Source of the DNA: Lentisphaeria bacterium
Lineage (GTDB): Bacteria > Verrucomicrobiota > Lentisphaeria > JABSQK01 > JAWLHB01
DNA: 64,000 nucleotides
Direction: 5' to 3'
Assembly (NCBI GenBank): GCA_041690595.1
Contig: JAWLHB010000006.1
Span: 124,001-188,000, forward strand
The notes under the pieces are model-generated. The model worked only from the letters and a program-made list of their open reading frames with translations. It was not told the DNA's origin and searched no databases. Made by a program: the position numbers and the translations under genes. Shown piece after piece: positions 9,001-18,470 of the stretch. Each line of letters starts with the position of its first letter. Position 1 is the stretch's first letter.

Positions 9001-10917
9001 TCAGCGCAGCATGACCTGCCCACCGGTGACGGCGATCGCCTGTCCGGTCTCGTACTCCTGCTCCACGCAATAGAGGATCGCCCTGACGACGTCCACCGGG
9101 GTGCAGCCGCGCCCCATCGGCACCTTCGCTTCGTAGAAGGCCCGCACGTCGGCGATGCTTTTGGCTCCGGGGACCTTGCCGGTATTCAGATACTGGACAA
9201 AGAGCCCACGCTCTGGATCCGACCAGAGTGGTCCGTCGAAGAAGTTGCCGGGGCAGATGGCGTTGACCTTGACCCGGTCCTCCACCAGCTCCATGGCGAA
9301 GCTCTGCGTCAGGCCGATGCTGCCGAACTTGCTGCCGGCATACGCGGCGTTGCGGTTGCTCCCCTCGAGCCCGCTCTTGGAGTTGATCTGCACAATATCC
9401 GTCCAGCCCCCTTTGCCATTCACGATCTGCCGTGCCATCAGGACCGACAGATGCTTGACGCAGAGGAAGTAGCCGGTGTAGTTGACGTTGGTCACGAAGT
9501 CCCAATCCTTCTTGGCGAAGCTTTTCACGGAAGCTGCCCTGAGCACGCCCGCGTTGGCGACGAGGATGTCGAGCCCGCCACATTCCCGCGCGATCTCCTG
9601 GGCCAGCGCGGCCACGGAATCTTCATCGGCAATGTTGACCGCCGCCGAAAAGGCCCGGCTGGCACCAAACTCCGCCTGGAGCCGATCCGCGGCCTCGCGA
9701 GCCCCGTCGGCATTGATGTCGGCGATGATCAGGGTCGCGCCCTCGCTCGCCAGCCCCTGGGCGATACCGTAGCCAAAGCCTTGCGCACCACCCGTGACCA
9801 GCGCGATCTTGCCATCCAGGCGGCCGGCGGAGCTGCCCCCCACCGTCACCTGCTTCCGGTACTGCTCCACTTCCCAGTTCTCGATGAAGCGATAGTCACG
9901 CTCCGGCAAATGACGCGGACCGCCGAAGGCTTCCGTCAACTGCTGCACCAGCGCGGCATCGCGTGCGGCATCCATGGCCAAACGCGCCGTCTTCAGGGAG
10001 TCACCCACCGCCAGCACCGCCTCTCCCGGCAGGCCGATGATCACGGGATCGTAACCCCGTTCCTGGCGGAAGGACGCAAGCGCCTCGGCCGTGGGCTCGC
10101 CGGTCATGGCAAATGATTTCGCGTAGACGATGTGATCGGGGGAGAAGGGGCCGCGAGCGGGCTGGAACCATGCCGAGCTGTGCACCACCGCCCGCTTACC
10201 GCCGATCCCCAGGAGGGTCCGCACAGCCGGCGCACGCGCCGCAACCGCATCCGCGGCCAGATCGCCCATGGCAAGCTCCGTCGCCACTTCGGCTTGCGCA
10301 TAATGCGCCTTCAGGACGGAAAAGACCTCCGCGTGGATGGCTTCGATCTCCGCGATCGTCTCCGCCGCCGCCACCATTCCATGATTCTGCATGAAGGTCA
10401 GCCGCGGCGCCTTCCCATGGGACGCCGTGTAGGCCTCCAACAGCCGACGAATCTCCGTTGACAGGATGAAGCCTGGATCCACATACGGCACCCACATCGC
10501 CTCCGGAAAGAGTCGACGGCAGGCGGCTTCCGCATCTACCGAACAGGTCATCCCGTTGACCAGCGTCGGGTGCAGGTGAACCACAAAGCGCTGCGGGTAC
10601 AACTCATGCATCGGTGCCTCCACGGAGGGACGCCCCTTGCTGCCGGGCAGCACGGTTGCCATCATCAGGCTCTTCACCGCCGACTCGCGCGCATCCGCCG
10701 TGCTGGGGATCTCCGCCTCGAAAACGGCGCGGATGGCCGCTCTGTCCAGTTGCACAAAATCGTCTTCCTGAATCGTCGCCAGCAAGACACCGCTCGGCTT
10801 CACGCAGAGCACCTTCTCCGTCTTGCAGGAGGTGTTGCCTCCGCCGCCAAAGACATAGCTGAGATTCGCTCCGTAGATACGGGATATCGCGGCAATCTGC
10901 GTCAAGCTCTCATTCAT
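9001..10917 (-). CDS. Bifunctional class II aldolase / SrlD-like short-chain dehydrogenase
   Basis: N-term GGGGNTS, RPSVE, HLHP, MQNHG; C-term TGGAQGFG, QINSKSG, YAGSKFG. Confidence 0.85.
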   Translation of the reverse strand: MNESLTQIAAISRIYGANLSYVFGGGGNTSCKTEKVLCVKPSGVLLATIQEDDFVQLDRAAIRAVFEAEIPSTADARESAVKSLMMATVLPGSKGRPSVEAPMHELYPQRFVVHLHPTLVNGMTCSVDAEAACRRLFPEAMWVPYVDPGFILSTEIRRLLEAYTASHGKAPRLTFMQNHGMVAAAETIAEIEAIHAEVFSVLKAHYAQAEVATELAMGDLAADAVAARAPAVRTLLGIGGKRAVVHSSAWFQPARGPFSPDHIVYAKSFAMTGEPTAEALASFRQERGYDPVIIGLPGEAVLAVGDSLKTARLAMDAARDAALVQQLTEAFGGPRHLPERDYRFIENWEVEQYRKQVTVGGSSAGRLDGKIALVTGGAQGFGYGIAQGLASEGATLIIADINADGAREAADRLQAEFGASRAFSAAVNIADEDSVAALAQEIARECGGLDILVANAGVLRAASVKSFAKKDWDFVTNVNYTGYFLCVKHLSVLMARQIVNGKGGWTDIVQINSKSGLEGSNRNAAYAGSKFGSIGLTQSFAMELVEDRVKVNAICPGNFFDGPLWSDPERGLFVQYLNTGKVPGAKSIADVRAFYEAKVPMGRGCTPVDVVRAILYCVEQEYETGQAIAVTGGQVMLR

Positions 10918-11100
10918 CAGGAAATGGCCCTTCATGCGTGGTTGGACTTCATGGCAGCCCCTAACATCGCGCTGCCCGCCACATTTTCAACCCCCACTCT
11001 GGCCAAAGGTGCACGTCGCTTTCGGTTGAAAAGCTGCACTCGCCACCAATAGTAATTCCATACTTCATCAGCACCAGCATCCTACTCCCCGAGGTTCACC

Positions 11101-12663
11101 ATGGCCGAGACCATGATCGGTATTCAGCTCGACCTGAAAGGCGTTATCTTTCGCCCAGACTACATCCCCACCTTACTTGCCGACCTGGCCGAACAGCGGA
11201 TCAACACCCTCCTCGTCGAATACGAAGATATCTTTCCCTTTGCCGGTCTCGATATCGCCTTCGACCCGCAAACCCGGTGGACGCGGGAGGCGCTTGCCGA
11301 CTTCCTCGCCGCGGCGAAGGCCGCCAACATCACCGTCATCCCCCTGCAGCAGTCTCTCGGCCACCTCGAATATCTCTTTCGCTGGCTCCCCTATAAGGAT
11401 CTCGCCGAAGACAAGAGCTACCCGAGCACGCTCTCCCTCACCAATGACAAGGGGCGCCGGCTGGTGCTCGACATGGTGCGGCAGGTCATGGAGGCCCACC
11501 CGGACAGCGACTACATCCATCTCGGCATGGATGAGGCACATGGACTCTTGCAGGCCGCCCAGCGCTCCGGCAGATCGGTCCTCAGCCTCTTTGTCGATTG
11601 GCTTCTCGAGCTTGTCGAGCTTGCCGAAGCCCATGGCAAGACTCCGATCATCTGGTCCGACATGCTCGAAGATCATTTCGAGGCCGGTCTTCTCGACCAG
11701 CTGCGCGACCGCGTTGTCCTCTGCACCTGGGACTACGCCTCGCAGCCGGGGCTCAGCACGAAGGCCCGCATCCGCGGCTGGCGGGTCAGTCGGGACTGGC
11801 TGAACGAGCCGGCGAACCCGGAAGCCCCTCCCCTCTCGACCGGATCCCGCTTCCTTGAAGATCTCCCCGACGATGCCGCCGCGCAGGTTGCTCCTTATCG
11901 GCATGGCCGACTGACCGATTCCTTCTTTCAGGTCGACATGTGGTCCAAGCTCGGCTTCCGGGTCCTCGGGGCCACCGCCATACGCGCCTCGTCTCACCTT
12001 CACGTCATGCCGCACTACCTGCGCCTGCACGGCAACATCAGCGGCTTCGCGCAGGCCATCCGCGATAACCGGCAGATGGGCCTCATCGGCACGAGTTGGG
12101 CGCGCGGCAACACCTTCTGTCCGCCCAATTTCCCCATCGAGCTTACCTGGCCGACCATCCACCACCTGACCGACGCCATGGGCGCGCAGCCTCCTCCGTT
12201 CTTTCCGGGCATCGCCGAGGATGAGCTCAACCGAATCCTGGGCAGCATCAGCCGCTGCAAGGATGACTGGAACATCGAGCCACACCTGATCGAGGAGATG
12301 GAGCGGCTTACCTCCTCTCTCCAGGCTCACCACCACGACTGGCAGTGCATGATCCTCATGCTCCGCGTATTGGCCATCCACAAGAAGGTTGCCTTCGCCA
12401 AACTGGAAGTCGATGCCTTCCGTCCCAGCTATCGCCCCGTCTCGCCCGAATGGCAGCGCCGACTCGATGAGCAAGCCGCCTTACGCGCCGACCTCGCCGC
12501 ATTGCGCCGAGAGGTTGAGGACCATTTTGGCCGGGACAGCCATGGCGAGCACTTCGAGGAGTGGCTTCGCAGCCTCTTCGATATCCCTGCCGAAGACCTC
12601 GACCGCGCCTCGGAGATCTGCACCCGCAAGCAGCAGCAGGCCCGCGAGAGGTACGGCTGGTAG
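11101..12663 (+). CDS. GH20-like glycoside hydrolase (beta-N-acetylhexosaminidase family)
   Basis: LDLKG, LLVEYEDIFPF, IPLQQSLGHLEY, catalytic HLGMDEA, WSDM. Confidence 0.82.
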   Translation: MAETMIGIQLDLKGVIFRPDYIPTLLADLAEQRINTLLVEYEDIFPFAGLDIAFDPQTRWTREALADFLAAAKAANITVIPLQQSLGHLEYLFRWLPYKDLAEDKSYPSTLSLTNDKGRRLVLDMVRQVMEAHPDSDYIHLGMDEAHGLLQAAQRSGRSVLSLFVDWLLELVELAEAHGKTPIIWSDMLEDHFEAGLLDQLRDRVVLCTWDYASQPGLSTKARIRGWRVSRDWLNEPANPEAPPLSTGSRFLEDLPDDAAAQVAPYRHGRLTDSFFQVDMWSKLGFRVLGATAIRASSHLHVMPHYLRLHGNISGFAQAIRDNRQMGLIGTSWARGNTFCPPNFPIELTWPTIHHLTDAMGAQPPPFFPGIAEDELNRILGSISRCKDDWNIEPHLIEEMERLTSSLQAHHHDWQCMILMLRVLAIHKKVAFAKLEVDAFRPSYRPVSPEWQRRLDEQAALRADLAALRREVEDHFGRDSHGEHFEEWLRSLFDIPAEDLDRASEICTRKQQQARERYGW

Positions 12664-12947
12664 AGGGCGCTGATCGACGCGAGGTCGTGGCGAGGAACTG
12701 TGGAGTGAGTGAATCGCGAGGACATGTCGAGGGAATCGAGAGAATCGAGAGAGTCGATAGGACATGGAAGGCATCCGATCACGGGCTGAGGCTAAGCCTG
12801 GCACACACGGCCGGGACACGGACGGGACACGGACACACACGGACGGTACGTCTGGAGTGCGTTGCCGTGAGATGTGCGTTTTCTTGGGAATTTGTGGCGG
12901 TGGGTGGTGGGGGTGGCGCTAGTGCGGAAGGCGGCCATGCGCAAGAG

Positions 12948-13520
12948 GCCACTCAGGCGAGTGGCGTGCCCAGGGAGCGCGGGAGGGGTGAAGGGCATTG
13001 GGGAGGGGCAACGCGTGGGGCAAGGGCGGGAACGGGGGCGATGCGGTGGCGAGCTGATGTGAGGGAGCCAGGCGTTGGGAAGGGGCAACGTCGAACGCCG
13101 GTGCCACTCAGGCGAGTGGCGTGCCCAGGGGGCGCGGGAGCGATGAAGGGCATTGGGGAGGGGCAACGTGAAGGCGGGGCCACTCGGGCGAGTGGCGTGC
13201 CCAGGATGCGCGGGACGGGGTGAGCGTTGGGGAAGGGCGCGCGCAATGGGAAGAAGGGAAAAAGGGGAAGTATGCGGGGCTGGCGGGGGACGAGCGTTCT
13301 TGGGGGGGTGAGTGACCGTGCCCGGGGAGCGCGGGGACGGGGTGAGCGTTGGGGAAGGGGCGACGCGCAACGCCGGAGCCACTCAGGCGAGTGGCGTGCC
13401 CAGGGTGCGCGGGAGGGGGTGAGCGTTGGGGAAGGGGCGACGCGCAACGCCGGAGCCACTCAGGCGAGTGGCGTGCCCGGGGAGCGCGGGGGCGGGGCCG
13501 CTCGGGCGAGTGGCGTTCGC
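12948..13520. repeat. REP-like cluster, GCCACTC-RGGC-GAGTGGC hairpin in ~77-bp units
   Basis: Copies at 12948, 13103, 13179, 13378, 13455 and a variant at 13497. Confidence 0.85.
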
Positions 13521-13532
13521 GCGCGTCAAGGA

Positions 13533-13560
13533 CCCGTCCCGGCAGGGATGCCGGGACGGG
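13533..13560 (-). terminator. Perfect 12-bp hairpin after the adhesin gene, probable terminator
   Basis: cccgtcccggca-ggga-tgccgggacggg, about 20 nt past the stop at 13580; weak U-tract. Confidence 0.55.
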
Positions 13561-13579
13561 AGTGGACGATTCGACGTGG

Positions 13580-16500
13580 TTACCTGGTGGCTGTTTCCAT
13601 CGCGCCAGCCGGCAGGCGATTGGTGATCAGCCAGGAGATGGCTTGATCCATGCTGAGCTTTTCGGTGGCGAAGCGCACCGTGTCTGACGAGGCATTTGCG
13701 GTAAAGGTCTGCCTGCCATAGGTGCCATGGTCGCCGTGGTTTCCCAGATGCTGCCAGGCGGCGCCATTGAGCTGGAGCGGCAGGGAGACCTGCTCGCCAT
13801 TGAGCTTGACCTGCTTGACCACACCGTTGATGAGGCGGTACTGGAAGTGCCCGGCGGCGGCGGCGAGGTCATCTTTATCGGGCGCCTGGCGAGCGCCAAA
13901 GACGGCGAACGCCTGATTGCCCGAGTGGACCGTGCTGGAGAAGGTGAAGCTGTCGCACCACGTTTCGACCGTGTAGTGCCAGGTGTTGTTGGCAGTGCGC
14001 CAGGCGATGATGGCCTGCATTCGTGAGGTGAGTGGATCGATGAGGAGGAAACCATCGCTGCTGAAGCTGTCGAGCTGGCCATCGCCGACCATCATGCGCT
14101 GATGGTTCAGGCGATAGGCGATGACGCTGGTGGCGCCGAAGGGCGCAACGGCAGCGGCTTCGCCTGGCAGGGATGCAGTGGTCTGCGACGGCGCCACGGT
14201 GCTGAGGTCGACATGGAGCTGGAGGGCCATCTCGGCGACGCCTTCGGCATGGCTGAGCCCCTGGTTGTTGAGGTCAACAGTCAGCGACTGCATCAGGCGT
14301 GCGTCGATGGTGGTTTGCTCGAGGGTACCGGCCGTACCGGAGGTGCCGGCGCGACGAATGCCCTGCAGGGAGGTTGCCAGGCTGATAGACCTGTCACCGC
14401 CAATAGCGACCGGTGTCGGCAGCAGGGTGCCAATGACTTCCGCATAGTGATGTCGTGAATCGCGACTGGTGTCAGTGGTGGCACCGTTGGTCAGCATCCA
14501 GTAAGCGCGTGCGGGAGCATCGATGGTGTACCAGGAGCCGGGCTCCTGATCCCAGTTTTCGAGGGTGACGGTGCCATCGGCCGCGACGAAGAGCAGGGCT
14601 GCATTGCCACTGGCCACATCCATCACAAGTGCACCACGCCGGCTGATCGTCGTGCGATCGCCATTGTACTTGTAGCCACGCTCCTGTAGTGAATAGACCA
14701 GAAGAGGAGACGTCGGCGCGGCGACATAGTGCGCCTTCACCGCGACATCGGCATTGACCTGGAAGCTGATGATGCGGTTGGTGCTGGTGACATAGCCGCT
14801 CCAGCGCTCGAAAAGCAGCCGCGCCTGACCTTCACCGATGAACTCGGGTGCTTCGAGGATCACGTTGGCGCCATGGGCGACGGTCTTGGTATAGTTGGTA
14901 GTGCCCGACTGGCAGGTTGGCGATTCGATGCGCACACCAACGGGGTCGGATTCGATGGTCAGGATATGGATGGGCGAGGACTCATACCATGCCTTGACGG
15001 TGCCGTCGGCGTTGACCTGGAAGCCGATGATGCGGTTGGTGCTGGTGACGATACCGGTCCAGCGAACAAAGTGCATTCGCGAGGCGCCTTCGCCGATGAA
15101 CTCGGGCGCTTCGAGGATCACGTTGGCGCCATGGGCGACGGTCTTGGTATAGTTGGTAGTGCCCGATTGGCAGGTTGGCGATTCGATGCGCACGCCAACG
15201 GGGTTGGATTCGATGGTCAGGATATGGATGGGCGAGGACTCGTACCATGCCTTGACGGTGCCGTCGGCGTTGACCTGGAAGCCGATGATGCGGTTGGTGC
15301 TGGTGACGATACCGGTCCAGCGGACAAAGTGCATTCGCGAGGCGCCTTCACCGATGAACTCGGGTGCTTCGAGGATCACGTTGGCGCCATGGGCGACGGT
15401 CTTGGTATAGTTGGTGGTGCCCGATTGGCAGGTTGGCGATTCGATGCGCACGCCAACGGGGTTGGATTCGATGGTCAGGGTACGGATGGGCGAGGACTCG
15501 TACCATGCCTTGACGGTGCCGTCGGCGTTAACCTGGAAGCCGATGATGCGGTTGGTGCTGGTGACAATACCGGTCCAGCGGACAAAACGCATGCGCGAGG
15601 CACCTTCACCGATGAACTCGGGTGCTTCGAGGATCACGTTGGCGCCATGGGCGACGGTCTTGGTATAGTTGGTGGTGCCCGACTGGCAGGTGGGCGATTC
15701 GATGCGCACACCATCGGGGTTGGATTCGACGATCAGGTCATGGATGGGCCAGGCATCGTCGAGGACGTCGATCGTCACCGTGGTCACATTCGAGTCGAGT
15801 TCGCCGTCGTTGGCCTTGTAGGAGAAGCTGTCTTGACCAGTGAAGCCAACCGTCGGGGTATAGGTGAAGGAGCCATCCGGATTGAGCGAGAGGCTGCCGT
15901 TGGAGACGGGGGAGACGATTATGGCGGTCAGGGGGTCGCCCTGCGCGTCGGTATCGTTCACCAGCACGCCTGGGATCGCCACGACGAGGGTGGTATCCTG
16001 ATTCATAGTGTAGGTGTCGGCAACGGCCACCGGGGCGGTGTTGACTCCGCCCACGGCAATGGTGACGGCGACCACATTCGAGTCGAGTTGGCCGTCATTG
16101 GCCTTGTAGGTGAAGCTGTCTTGTCCGATGTAGCCAACGGTCGGCGTATAGGTGAAGGAGCCGTCCGCATCGAGCGAGAGGCTGCCATTGGAGACGGTGG
16201 AGACGAGTATGGCGGTCAGGGGGTCGCCCTGCGCATCAGTATCGTTCACCAGTACACCCGGGACGGCCACGACGAGGGTGGTATCCTGATCCATGTTGTA
16301 CGCGTCGGCAACGGCCACCGGGGCGGTGTTGACTCCGCCCACGGCAATGGTGACGGCGACCACATTCGAGTCAAGTTGGCCGTCATTGGCCTTGTAGGTG
16401 AAGCTGTCTTGTCCGATGTAGCCAACGGTCGGGGTATAGGTGAAGGAGCCGTCCGCATCGAGCGAGAGGGTGCCATTGGAGACGGTGGAGACGAGTATGG

Positions 16501-17734
16501 CGGTCAGGGGGTCGCCCTGCGCATCGAAGTCGTTCACCAGTACGCTCGGGGCGGCCACGACGAGGGTGGTATCCTGATCGACCGCGTAGGTGTCGGCAAC
16601 GGCTACCGGGGCCGTGTTGACGTCGAGGACGGTGATCGTCACCGTCGCCACATTCGAGTTCAGCTCGCCGTCGTTGGCCGTGTAGGTGAAGGAATCGTCA
16701 CCGGTGAAGCCAAGGGCCGGAGTGTAGGTGAAGGAGCCATCCGCATTGAGCGACATGGTGCCATTGGAGACGGTGGAGACGATTGTGGCGGTCAACGGGT
16801 CGCCTTGGGCGTCGGTATCATTGGCCAATACGCCTGGCAGGGCCACGACGAGGTTGGTATCCTGATTCACCGAGTAGGTGTCATCAACGGCGACCGGGGG
16901 GGTGTTGAGCTGAGGCAGTTGGATGCTGGTCCCGTTGAAGGTGATGCCGGCTTCGAACGCCAGGGCGCGGCCTTCCAGGATGCTGCCGGTATCCATCGTG
17001 ATGGACTGATCGGCGAGGATGGTGCCCTTGAATTCCGAGTAGGTGCCGAGAACGGCGGAGCTACCCACTTGCCAGAAGATATTGCGCGCCTGGGCGCCGC
17101 CGGCAAGAATGACCTTGATGCCGCTGCCAACCTGCAAGTCGTAAGCGAGCTGAAAGATCCAGACATCGTTCGGCCCACCAGTGAGAGTCACGTCGCCGCC
17201 GGTGATCAGAGCGGTGCTGGTGAACTTGTAGAGCCCGGGGACCAGGTTCGCGCCGCCGAGGTTGCCGCCGTTGGGATTCTCGAACGAGCCGCTCGGAACC
17301 GGCGTACGGTCTCTGGCTTCGTTATACGCGGTTTTCAGATCACTCTTGGCCGTGGTCAGGCGTCCAGGATCCTCCACCGATCCAGCGGGGCCGCTTGCGT
17401 CCACGCTGTAGATGGTGCCGTTAACCTGAGCAGCGGGAATACCGATGGCGGAACCGGATATCGGGCTCGCCCCGACATCGCCGGTGACCATGCCGCCGCC
17501 GGTGGTCGTGATGGCGGCACCTGATAGAATCGCGAAGTTGGAGGTGGTTCCGAGATTGATCGGCGCCAGGCTGAGTATGGAGGGGACCGAGCGGCCTTCG
17601 GTTGCGCCGGTAGCATTGTCCACCGGCGGGGGGGCTGCAAAGGTCAGTTGTGCGATCATCGCAGCCAAAGCGATGATGAAGCCGACGCAGGTGCGTTTCA
17701 TCTGGTTGATTTGTCGAGTGTTGGTTGCATTCAT
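13580..17734 (-). CDS. Secreted ice-binding (DUF3494) adhesin-like protein: signal peptide, DUF3494, 4 Big_9/VCBS Ig-like repeats, four 86-aa InlB-B-like repeats, duplicated unknown C-terminal module
   Basis: INLGTTSNFAILSG, LVPGLYKF, VWIFQ, AQARNIFWQVGSSA, FKGTILA, LEGRALA (DUF3494); NTAPVAVAD...GSFTYTP...DSFTYKANDG x4; F-x-RW[TS]G repeats x4. Confidence 0.9.
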   Translation of the reverse strand: MNATNTRQINQMKRTCVGFIIALAAMIAQLTFAAPPPVDNATGATEGRSVPSILSLAPINLGTTSNFAILSGAAITTTGGGMVTGDVGASPISGSAIGIPAAQVNGTIYSVDASGPAGSVEDPGRLTTAKSDLKTAYNEARDRTPVPSGSFENPNGGNLGGANLVPGLYKFTSTALITGGDVTLTGGPNDVWIFQLAYDLQVGSGIKVILAGGAQARNIFWQVGSSAVLGTYSEFKGTILADQSITMDTGSILEGRALAFEAGITFNGTSIQLPQLNTPPVAVDDTYSVNQDTNLVVALPGVLANDTDAQGDPLTATIVSTVSNGTMSLNADGSFTYTPALGFTGDDSFTYTANDGELNSNVATVTITVLDVNTAPVAVADTYAVDQDTTLVVAAPSVLVNDFDAQGDPLTAILVSTVSNGTLSLDADGSFTYTPTVGYIGQDSFTYKANDGQLDSNVVAVTIAVGGVNTAPVAVADAYNMDQDTTLVVAVPGVLVNDTDAQGDPLTAILVSTVSNGSLSLDADGSFTYTPTVGYIGQDSFTYKANDGQLDSNVVAVTIAVGGVNTAPVAVADTYTMNQDTTLVVAIPGVLVNDTDAQGDPLTAIIVSPVSNGSLSLNPDGSFTYTPTVGFTGQDSFSYKANDGELDSNVTTVTIDVLDDAWPIHDLIVESNPDGVRIESPTCQSGTTNYTKTVAHGANVILEAPEFIGEGASRMRFVRWTGIVTSTNRIIGFQVNADGTVKAWYESSPIRTLTIESNPVGVRIESPTCQSGTTNYTKTVAHGANVILEAPEFIGEGASRMHFVRWTGIVTSTNRIIGFQVNADGTVKAWYESSPIHILTIESNPVGVRIESPTCQSGTTNYTKTVAHGANVILEAPEFIGEGASRMHFVRWTGIVTSTNRIIGFQVNADGTVKAWYESSPIHILTIESDPVGVRIESPTCQSGTTNYTKTVAHGANVILEAPEFIGEGQARLLFERWSGYVTSTNRIISFQVNADVAVKAHYVAAPTSPLLVYSLQERGYKYNGDRTTISRRGALVMDVASGNAALLFVAADGTVTLENWDQEPGSWYTIDAPARAYWMLTNGATTDTSRDSRHHYAEVIGTLLPTPVAIGGDRSISLATSLQGIRRAGTSGTAGTLEQTTIDARLMQSLTVDLNNQGLSHAEGVAEMALQLHVDLSTVAPSQTTASLPGEAAAVAPFGATSVIAYRLNHQRMMVGDGQLDSFSSDGFLLIDPLTSRMQAIIAWRTANNTWHYTVETWCDSFTFSSTVHSGNQAFAVFGARQAPDKDDLAAAAGHFQYRLINGVVKQVKLNGEQVSLPLQLNGAAWQHLGNHGDHGTYGRQTFTANASSDTVRFATEKLSMDQAISWLITNRLPAGAMETATR
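14725..15745 (-). repeat. Intragenic 258-bp tandem repeat x4
   Basis: Near-identical LTIESNPVGVRIESPTCQSGTTNYTKTVAHGANVILEAPEF units; shadow ORFs recur at 14895, 15153, 15411. Confidence 0.92.
15760..16905 (-). repeat. Intragenic ~288-bp tandem repeat x4 (Big_9/VCBS)
   Basis: ggggcggtgttgactccgccc at 16032 and 16320; 96-aa units. Confidence 0.9.
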
Positions 17735-18185
17735 GAATCTGTTCCTTTATTTGTTTTGCCCTGTCTAACGCGCCCGGCTATCACAGTTCGGTACTTGTCG
17801 GTACGGGCTCGCGTTTTCGAAACGGATTCGCCGCGTGTTTTCTGGTTTGTCTTGGGAATGTGCGTCTTGACAAAGCAGTTGTGATGCTCATTACTACGCT
17901 ATCTTATCTTGGCAATAGGTTTCATCGATTGTGGGGGCGTGGTCTTTACTAATACCTATGCTTATATAAAGTCTTATTCTAAACTTACAGCTATTCCACG
18001 ATAGGCGACCGCGGGGCAATTTCGAGGCTGGAAGAAGCAGCCGATGGCTTCTACAGCGGCAGCAACGGGGGTGCGACAACCGGGCAATCCATGGGCAAGT
18101 GTGCCAGGGCGGGAGGGAAAAATGGTATGGAAAATACTTGCTCTTTTGAGTTGCAACTCTTTCGGGGCTGGGGGGTCCGAACGCC

Positions 18186-18446
18186 GCGCGCAATGGGAAT
18201 AAGGGGAAGAAAGGGAAGTATGCGGGGCTGGCGGGGGACGGGCGTTCCGCGGGGAGACGCGTGGCGTGCCCAGGGTGCGCGGGAGGGGGTTGAGCGTTGG
18301 GGAAGGGGCGACGCGCAACGCCGGTGCCACTCAGGCGAGTGGCGTGCCCAGGGAGCGCGGGGACGGGGTGAGCGGTGGGGAGGGGCAAGGTCCAACGCCG
18401 GTGCCACTCGGGCGAGTGGCGTGGCCGGGGTGCGCGGGGACGGGGT
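18186..18446. repeat. Second REP-like block, direct repeat of ~13239-13490
   Basis: gcgcgcaatgggaa...gggaagtatgcggggctggcgggggacg shared; hairpin copies at 18326 and 18403. Confidence 0.85.
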
Positions 18447-18470
18447 GAATGAGGGGGGATGGGCAACCTG

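Noticed and set aside
12561..13687. Several R/G/P-rich ORFs
   Set aside because: Translations of the G-rich REP cluster.
14725..16905. Diversity-generating retroelement (template/variable repeat)
   Set aside because: The repeats are in-frame domain duplications with no visible adenine-specific differences, and there is no reverse transcriptase in the window.
17761..17840. c-di-GMP-I riboswitch upstream of the adhesin (minus strand GGCGAA...GAAA...GATAGCCGGG)
   Set aside because: Only fragments match; the GNRA-capped stem and the GACGCAAA/CTAA elements cannot be assembled. An Infernal search with RF01051 would settle it.
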